Assembly: GCA_964016885.1 (NCBI GenBank)
Contig: OZ024748.1
Location: forward strand, 50,530,001 to 50,594,000
Direction of reading: 5' to 3'
Length of the DNA stretch: 64,000 nt
From: Eledone cirrhosa
Taxonomy: Eukaryota
The notes below the pieces were generated by a model. It did not search any database, was not told where the DNA came from, and was given only the letters and a program-made list of their open reading frames with translations. Made by a program: the position numbers and the translations under genes. Shown here piece by piece: positions 55,490 through 64,000 of the stretch (positions are counted from its first letter, which is position 1; every line of letters starts with the position of its first letter).

Positions 55490-56000
55490 GTTGGGGTGGT
55501 GTTGGTAGTGGTGGGGCTGTAGCCTCTTGTGGTGGTGGGGTGTTGGTAGTGGTGGTGGTGTTGGTAGTGGTGGGGGTGTCGGCTCTTGTGGTGGTGTGTT
55601 GGTAGTGGTGGTGGTGTTGGTAGTGGTGGGGGTGTCGGCTCTTGTGGTGGTGGCGTGTTGGTAGTGGTGGTGGTGTTGGTAGTGGTGGGGATGTCGGCTC
55701 TTGTGGTGGTGGTGTGTTGGTAGTGGTGGTGGTGTCGGCTCTTGTGGTGGTGGTGTGTTGGTAGTGGTGGTGGTGTTGGTAGTGGTGGGGATGTCGGCTC
55801 TTGTGGTGGTGGTGTGTTGGTAGTGGTGGTGGTGTTGGTAGTGGTGGTGGTGTTGGTAGTGGTGGTGGTAGTGTTGGTAGTGGTGGTAGTGGTGTTGGTT
55901 GTGGTGGTGGTGTTGGTAGTGGTGTTGGTAGTGGTGGTAGTGGTGTTGGTAGTGGTGGTGGTGTTGGTAGTGGTGGTGGTAGTGTTGGTTGTGGTGGTAT
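55490..56000. repeat. GGT-rich minisatellite
   Basis: gtcggctcttgtggtgg recurs about every 40-60 bp. Confidence 0.9.
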
Positions 56001-56330
56001 TTTTAGTTGTCGTTATCGTGGTAGCTGAGCTAGTTTCTAATTTATTAGTGTATTTCGTTTTTGTTTTATATTCATATTCCTTTTCTTTGTCTGTCTCTCT
56101 CTCGCTCCCTCTCTCTATCTCTCTCTCTCGCTCTGTCTCTCTCTCACTCTCTCTCGCTCTCGCTCTCTCTCTCTGTATGTACGTATATGTCTGTGCGTTT
56201 GCGCATGTGTGTGTATTTGCGCGTGTGTGTATTTGCGCGCGTGTGTGTGTGTGTGTATTTGCGTGTGTGTGTCTGTATGTGTTTATGTGTGTGGGTGTGT
56301 CTGTGTGTGTGTATGTGTGGGTGTATTTGC

Positions 56331-56371
<41 letters not shown>

Positions 56372-56806
56372 TGTGAGGGAGATTTAAGGATTGCATTGAG
56401 GATGATTTATTTATTTTTCCTGCCATTCATGAATGGAAACTTCCCAGAGAGAATTAGAACAATATTAACAAGGTACATATTGAAGGAACCTACATATGCA
56501 ACAAAAGTATAAAAGAGAAGGAAACAGCATACAGTTTCCTCTGAACATATAATAGAGAGTTTACATAAAAACCAACACTGTTGTTACACCACCTTTGCTA
56601 TCATCATCATCATCAACATCATCATTATGATTATCGTAATCTATATAACCAAACACCATCGGAATATACAGACACAAACGCAAACCCACTCACAGACATT
56701 CACACATTCACATATACACACACACACACCACATATATACATACTCACACATACATATATATATACATATATACACATATATATATGTATATATATATAT
56801 ATATAT

Positions 56807-56866
<60 letters not shown>

Positions 56867-56948
56867 ATAATAATAAATATATATAGTAATATATATAATA
56901 ATAAATATATAATAAATATATAATAATATATATTAATAATAATAAATA

Positions 56949-57002
<54 letters not shown>

Positions 57003-57671
57003 TATATATGTAAAAACGTACTTATGTATAAAGGTACGAATGCATGCAGGTATGTTTTTTTAGAAATCACATTTACCTCATACATTTTATTTACTTATTC
57101 CTACCAGCAGGATCAGAAAAACAGTCATCAACGTATACATTGGAAATAATACGAAATATATATAAATAATAGTAAATAATAAATAATAAAAATTATCGAA
57201 ATTATCCACCATTACTATAAACAGCATCGACGTCCTTGATATTTACACTGACACACCACTGTCTCTATAATAAATATCAATGTATTACATAACATTGTGC
57301 CTGCCATTACAACCTGTTAGAAAAAAAAAATGACAAAATTCTCACGGCTAAACTGTAATACCCTATCATTACTCCAAGCATAGTTTTACCTAAAGACGTA
57401 GCGACTACAGATATGTATTGTGGATAAATATTTCCAACTATCTACTTTTTTTTTGTAAGATATCGTTCATAAATCATAACCCAACCCCATCCTCCACACA
57501 CACAGAACCACCACCACCACCACCACCACCACCACCACAACCATCACCACCAACATACTCACACTCAACAATATTAAATCAGTATAATTTCGAACAGGAA
57601 TTGGTTCGATATAATCACCGTGTTGTTCCCTTAATACTGTGAAAGAAATACAAATGTTGGTATAACGGAAG

Positions 57672-58496
57672 TAATAATTGTTTCTACGTTAGGCACAAGG
57701 CTAGCAATTAACCAATGTATTACTGGTACTTTATTTTATCGACCCCGTAAGGATGAAAGGCAAAGTTAACCTCGGCGGGATTTGAACTCAGAATGGCAAG
57801 GGCCGTAACTCTATGTCGCAAAGCATGTTGTCTGACACTCTACCAATACTACTACTTCACCGCACTTACAACAGAAGAAATAATAGTTTCTGATTTAGGC
57901 ACAAGGCCAACCATTTTGGGGGTGGGGAAAGTCGATTAAGTCGACCCAGGGCGTTACTGGTACTTCATTTTATCGATCTCGTAAACATGAAAGGCAAAGC
58001 TAACCTCGTTGGGATTTGTGACCGATCGTAAAAGACCGTAACTATATACCACAAACTATGTTGTCCGACGCTCTACCGATACTGCTAACGCAGATTAAAT
58101 AATTGTTACTACTTTTGGCACAAGGCCAGAAATTACCCAGTGCATTACTGTTACTTTATTTTATCGACCCCGTAAGGACGTAAGTTAACCTCGGCGGGAT
58201 TAAATAATGAGAGGATATTTAAATAGTTGAACCCCATGAAATAGTAGCCATAAACCATTTGAATTAATCTCATCGTCTTCTGAAAGAAAACGACATACTA
58301 GATAATATAATTGTTTCTACTTTAGGCACAAGGCCAGCAATTACTCAGTGCATTACTGGTACTTTATTTTATCGACCCCGTAAGGATGAAAGGCAAAGTC
58401 AACCTCGGCGGGATTTGAACTCAGATCGTAAAGGGACGTAACTATGCTGGAAAGCATGGCGTCCGACCCTCTACCGATACTGCCAATCCACCGCCC
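57672..58496 (-). mobile_element. cluster of four SINE family A copies
   Basis: 57672-57863, 57880-58090, 58097-58201 and 58307-58496, all antisense. Confidence 0.85.
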
Positions 58497-58929
58497 TAGA
58501 TACATAATAGATAATATAATCTTACATATATTACATTGGATGGTTCCAAGAACCATAATTTAATCGTTGTTACTAAACACACAGATTCTCAGAGCCAGGA
58601 GTGTGGTTTGCGTATTTTAGAATCTTCTTTTGTTATAATTCACTCTTTTACTCTTTTACCTGTTCCAGGTTGAGGCCATGCTGGGGCACAGCTTTTGTTT
58701 TATTTATTATATTTTGTGATGTTCTTTTTTCGCCAGTCAGATAGACATATATCTTGTTTTCTATCTTGGTTAAAAAAAAAAAAAAAATAAAAATAAAAAG
58801 AAACATATCTTGGTAATGTTACATCAAATATGGCACACCTATCTAACCAAATATGGATTTCTGCAAAATATATCTCTTTTGATGGAGAGATATCAATTTC
58901 ACTACATAGGGGGCCATCATTTATCAATA

Positions 58930-59343
58930 GAATCGTTACTCGATAGAGTGCGTAGCTCGGGGATCAGAGGGTCGCTCAAGGTCACTAGCTCTACAATTTG
59001 GGAGATCACAGCTGCGATACTACAGACATGTGGTTAGAATGCCTCGGGAAAGTATTGGCGGACATATTTTACGGGAAAAAAATCAACTGGTAGGAGATCC
59101 GGGGAGCAGCCCGGATAGTTGGATAATATCCATGAGGTCGTTCGGTCCCGTTTAGGGATCTAGCCGGATAAATTGGAGGGTCTTGCTTCTAACAAGACCC
59201 TTTGAAAGGAATGCTTGAAAACTCTGACCCCGTAATCCCCCTCTCTCTCTCCCGAGAAGAAGAAGAAGAAGAAGAAGAAGAAGAAGAAGAAGAAGAAGAA
59301 GAAGAAGAAGAAGAAGAAGAAGAAGAAGAAGAAGAAGAAGAAG

Positions 59344-59373
<30 letters not shown>
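58930..59373 (+). mobile_element. decayed RTE (Expander/Rex3-like) 3' end followed by (GAA)n
   Basis: LLDRVRSSGIR...RSQLRYYRHVVRMP...TGRRSG...RLGI.P..LEG. Confidence 0.75.
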
Positions 59374-59374
<1 letters not shown>

Positions 59375-59435
59375 TAAATTGTTGGATGGAAGGATTTGTT
59401 CTATTTAATCCGGGTACAACATTGCATTTGTTTTT

Positions 59436-59514
<79 letters not shown>

Positions 59515-59515
<1 letters not shown>

Positions 59516-59725
59516 ATCAACTCGTGGTGTGAGTAGATTATGCCAGGAAGGAGGGTTGGCTGGTAGGAGAAGCAGAGGCTGGCAGCCAAAACGATGGCTT
59601 GTCAATGTGATCTTATGGACTGGACTTGATGTTAGCTCTTTAAACTCTGCTGCTGGTGATCGAAGTTTGTGGAGAGAGATATCACATGTTGATACGCAGC
59701 CTGCAACTGGCGGAGTTTAGCATCA
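59515..59725 (+). mobile_element. RTE LINE extreme 3' fragment
   Basis: EGGLAGRRSRGWQPKRWL..V..WTGL....AAGDRSLWR. Confidence 0.75.
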
Positions 59726-60119
59726 CAAGAATATATTAAAAACAATCCAGTGGAATGGTTTGGTGGAAGTGATACGGCATGTCACAAAATACCTATCTGT
59801 AAATGTTCTGGAATTTTGTGTTCAGTGTTCAAATTTGTCTTGCTGCTGTTAGCCCCGTCAAAGCACCCCACTAAGACATCATCCTGTCCAACAGTTAATT
59901 AGCCAGCCTTGTTAGTTTACCTACAACTAGAAATCTAAGCCGACATCTTGCAAAGATAAAGTTGACAATACGAGGTATTTGAAATGGAAACTTAAATCGA
60001 AACAAATATCACAAGTCGAACAATATATTATCTCGAATGGTGTTAAAACAACGTTTCTTTAGGTCTAGTATATCTACGAAATAATGCAACACAAATTGAG
60101 TTCTCCTTCCACCTTCAGG

Positions 60120-60316
60120 TCGAAGGACAGCAATATTTTGGAGGGAGGGGATAATCGACAAATAGACTCCAATGCGTGACTGGTACTTTATTTTATCGAC
60201 CCCGTAAGAATGAAAGACAACGTTGGCCTCGGCGGGAATTGAACTCAGAACGTAAAGGGCTGTAACTCTATGGCTCAATGTGATGTCTAACGCTCTACAG
60301 ATACTGCCAATCCACC
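60120..60316 (-). mobile_element. SINE family A, long variant
   Basis: Antisense full copy. Confidence 0.8.
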
Positions 60317-61233
60317 ATTTAAATATGTCACGTACTCACACAAACACACAACACACATAGCCCATATGCACGTACATATGTATATAGTGTCTCTACCTCA
60401 GTGCACGTGTGTAACCGTCTGTATGTTTCGCTTTCTTTCCTTGCTTTTCACACTTTTTTTCAGACTTTTTTCTTTAATAATGGACTTGACTACACATTGC
60501 TAAGCTCACAGATATATCTATCCCTTACTGGACATAGAATCAATGACATAATGTCATCATGGAAAACAACATATATTTGAATGCATTGTAACCTCTGATA
60601 TGTAACATAATGTCAAAGAAATTGGTGGTTAGAGCTTTTACGCTAGTGTATCTACACAGTTAAGTTATCCACCGTAAAGAGCACTAAAAACCCTTGAATA
60701 GATTTATATTTTATATTTAGTAATTATCCAAATACACTTGGATTTGACATTACAAGTATTGGGAATATACATATCACCATATAACCTTACACTTATCTTT
60801 ATTGCTTGTAGAAGCTGAGTAAAATACAGCTGCAAAACAACCAATAATATGTTTTACTTTAGTTTCTTTCAATCAACATACATGTGTGTTTTAATAGAGA
60901 CAGTGATAACAAACTATTATAGGCATATAATTTTCCTAATTCTTCTCCATAGCGATCTTTATACAAGCAATAAAGTCTTATGTGTCTACACGGCAGAGAA
61001 ATAACGGATTTTTATGGGTTTAAGTGGATACCAATGTTAAAAGAACTGCATGGAATGTAAGTATCGTTAAAAAGTCCTAGCAAAGCGATTCTTTAGACCA
61101 AAGTTCGATATATGTTGCGGAAATTCTACAAGCCTATTTTTTTCCTTTTATAATATATTGAACAGGATCCACCAGGTTGATTCCGGTAGAGGAAGCATTC
61201 TGTACTGCGTTTATGACAAATTATTTTACTTAC

Positions 61234-61423
61234 GGTGGATTGGCAGTATCGGTAGAGGTTCTGACGCAATGCTTTGCAGCAAAGAGTTACGGCCCTTTAT
61301 GGTCTGAGTTCAAATCCCGCCGAAGTTAACTTTGCCTTTCATCCTAACAGGGTTGATAAAATAAAGCACCAGTAATACACTAGGATAATTGCTGGCCTTG
61401 TGCCAAAAGAAGAAACAATTATA
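61234..61423 (+). mobile_element. SINE family A
   Basis: A and B boxes, central domain, tail. Confidence 0.85.
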
Positions 61424-61840
61424 TTACTTTATTTAATCTTCCGATGAAATCAAGCTCTAAAGATGTTTATATATTATATATATATAAACGTCTTTATATA
61501 TATATATATAATTTAGTGGTAGTATTGAAACTTATAGTCTCCATTACCATAGAGTATTGGTCGGCTGCCACTAGTCGCACGACTAGCAGTAAACTATAAC
61601 TTAGTGGCTGGCACAATCCCTGTGACCATGTCACCTTACTGGCCTGGATGGGGGAGATTTCGGAGGTGGGGTGTGACCTGTTTAGGCTAGTCTTCTGTTT
61701 TGGGGTAGGTTGTTGGCTGGTCAACTTCCCTCACACTTGCGCCTGCGCAAGGATTTGGAAGTGAATTGCGGCTCACAAGGGAACGGACGAAGGCTTCGAG
61801 AACATAACCTTATTATGTAATGAAGCTTTTTATGTAAAAT

Positions 61841-61915
61841 GCTATCTAATGAGATCATGGCACTGGGTTCGCGGAATCCCGTGGCCACTGCCGTCATTGA
61901 AATATGTATTACGGC
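61841..61915 (+). ncRNA. degenerate hammerhead at the end of a GC-richer insert (about 61510-61965)
   Basis: GCTAT-CTAATGA-...ATGGCA..TGCCGT..-GAAA-TATGTA-TT-ACGGC; AATAAA at 61922; G5A change probably inactivating. Confidence 0.5.
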
Positions 61916-61991
61916 CTTATCAATAAAGGATTTTAACATCTGAAACTACTTCGCATTTTCATATTCTCTATCTCTCTCCCCCCCCTCTCTA

Positions 61992-62033
<42 letters not shown>

Positions 62034-63067
62034 CAAATGTATATACATATATATATATATATGTGTGTGTGCGTATTGTGTATACATACATGTATAAATA
62101 CATATGCATATATATAAATATATTTATATGTAAATATATATAAGTATACATATATATGTATGTAAATAGATATAAACACCATTGGAGACAATCCTATAAG
62201 TAGAAGTCAATACAATGTTATAATGTCACTAAGTGCTAAAACAATAATGTTTTACGGTAACAAAACAACGAAAACGACCGGGGAGGGACATTTAGGAATA
62301 AAAAGAATGTCTTAGAAAACTCATACAAAAATTACTAAGAATATTAAGAAAAAAAAAAAAAATGGAAACTGAATAAAAAATAAGTGAGCCCTCCTAAGAA
62401 TATTTTTGTAGGATTTATTTGAATGAAAATTTGAAATTTTTATCATAGCAATTTTTATATTTTCTGGCAAAATAATAGAGTGCCTAAATTGAATATCTCT
62501 GTCCCACGGGTTCAATGAATTAACATTAGTGTGAGGCTTGTTGCTATTATTATTTGTTAGGTTTTTTTTCTTGTTATCATTTTTAATATATATTTTTCAA
62601 ATGCTTATGTATCAATAAGCAGGCGCTGTTAACCTGTCGGTCACAAAACATAGATTGAATTATCAAATATCCCCTTGATGATGGTAAACGTGATTGTTGC
62701 ATTCTATATATCCGCCTCTTTCCCGCCCATCAACATAACCAAAAAACAAAACTATCACTTATAAAGCAACAATAAAAAAATATATATAGCAATGAAATAG
62801 TTAAGAAAAAAAAGAAAATAAATTGATATTAATACGAACATCATATGTGATGATGTCCATAATGGTGGTTCTGCTGTTATTGCTGTTAATGATGATATTT
62901 TTTATTTGCCACCAGGGCCAGAAAAATAAAGAAAGACAATTTAAAAAATGATAAAAATGTTATTCATACAATTATATAAAATATAACTGAACGTACACAA
63001 ATGTATGACACATATCTACATACTCACATACAAACATGCATACATACATTCGTACATATACACACAC

Positions 63068-63098
<31 letters not shown>

Positions 63099-63362
63099 GA
63101 GAGAGAGATATAGATAGATAGATAGATATATATATATATAGATATTTATAAATATATAAACGCATACACACATATATATCTATATATAAATGTGTGTGTG
63201 TGTATATATACATATGTATATGTATATATATATATATGTATATGTATATATATATATATGTATGTATGTAGCTATACTGATATATTATTAAATACTATTT
63301 CACACACACAGACATACAGACATGCACAGACATGCACAGACATGCACACACACACGCACACA

Positions 63363-63407
<45 letters not shown>

Positions 63408-63554
63408 ACACACACACACAGACACACACACACAGACACACGCACACACACACGGGTATATAGTCTTAGAAGAGGAGCACATCCATCGGGGGAATCAGCG
63501 TACCCTGAAATACTGATTAACTTTCATTCGAATTAAATGTCCGCAATACTATTT

Positions 63555-63905
63555 CCAACAACAAATGCTGCAGCAACAACAACAACAACAACAACAGCGA
63601 CAACAACAACAAAAACAACAACAACAACAGAATATATGAGAAGCAACAACAACAACAACAACAACAACGACAAAATATGAAAAGCGCCAGCAACAACAAT
63701 ATCAAGAAATATATGGGGAGCAACAGCAAAAACAACAAATATATTATTAACATCAGCAACAACAATAAAATACGATGAGCATCAGCACCAGCATCAGCAC
63801 CAGCATCAACAACAGCAACAACAACAACAACAACAACAACAAAATATAAGCAGCAAGTGCATCAACAACAACAAATATATTATAAACATCAGCATCAACA
63901 ACAAC
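63555..63905. repeat. (CAA/CAG)n compound tract
   Basis: Directly visible. Confidence 0.9.
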
Positions 63906-64000
63906 ACATTATGAAGAACATCAGCAATAGAATAAATAAAGCAGAGACTACGATACAAATCTTAATGTGAAAGAGAAGAGGGGGCAGAACTGTAACAACA

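Noticed and set aside
63462-63522. HHR-like TAGAAGA-GG..CC-CT-GAAA motif
   Set aside because: Core and stems I and III are mismatched

Overview
AT-rich, microsatellite-saturated eukaryotic DNA, most likely intronic or intergenic. The SINE families resemble those known from Octopus; this taxon call is an inference from memory, not a database hit. No host protein-coding gene is confidently visible: there are only one or two weak exon candidates, and almost every entry in the ORF track is a microsatellite artefact. Conventional content: a near-full-length RTE LINE (4510-7908; APE plus RT, one nonsense codon, a PHD-like finger inside the RT region), five other RTE fragments, a decayed R4/Dong-like element, about 30 copies of one tRNA-derived SINE (many with TSDs), several CORE-type SINEs, minisatellites and long trinucleotide tracts. 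The most striking signal is not visible in the ORF track. About 20 type I hammerhead-ribozyme (HHR) motifs from many unrelated sequence families sit in short non-coding inserts, mostly embedded in (TA)n tracts. Most have self-complementary stem III sequences. Several carry recurrent non-canonical cores: U3-A8 covariation, U4C and GCAA. They occur as solo copies, near-perfect head-to-head palindromes and same-strand tandems. This looks like a (TA)n-targeting Penelope-derived or retrozyme-like ribozyme element system. All RNA structures were paired by eye; no folding, searches or activity tests were run.
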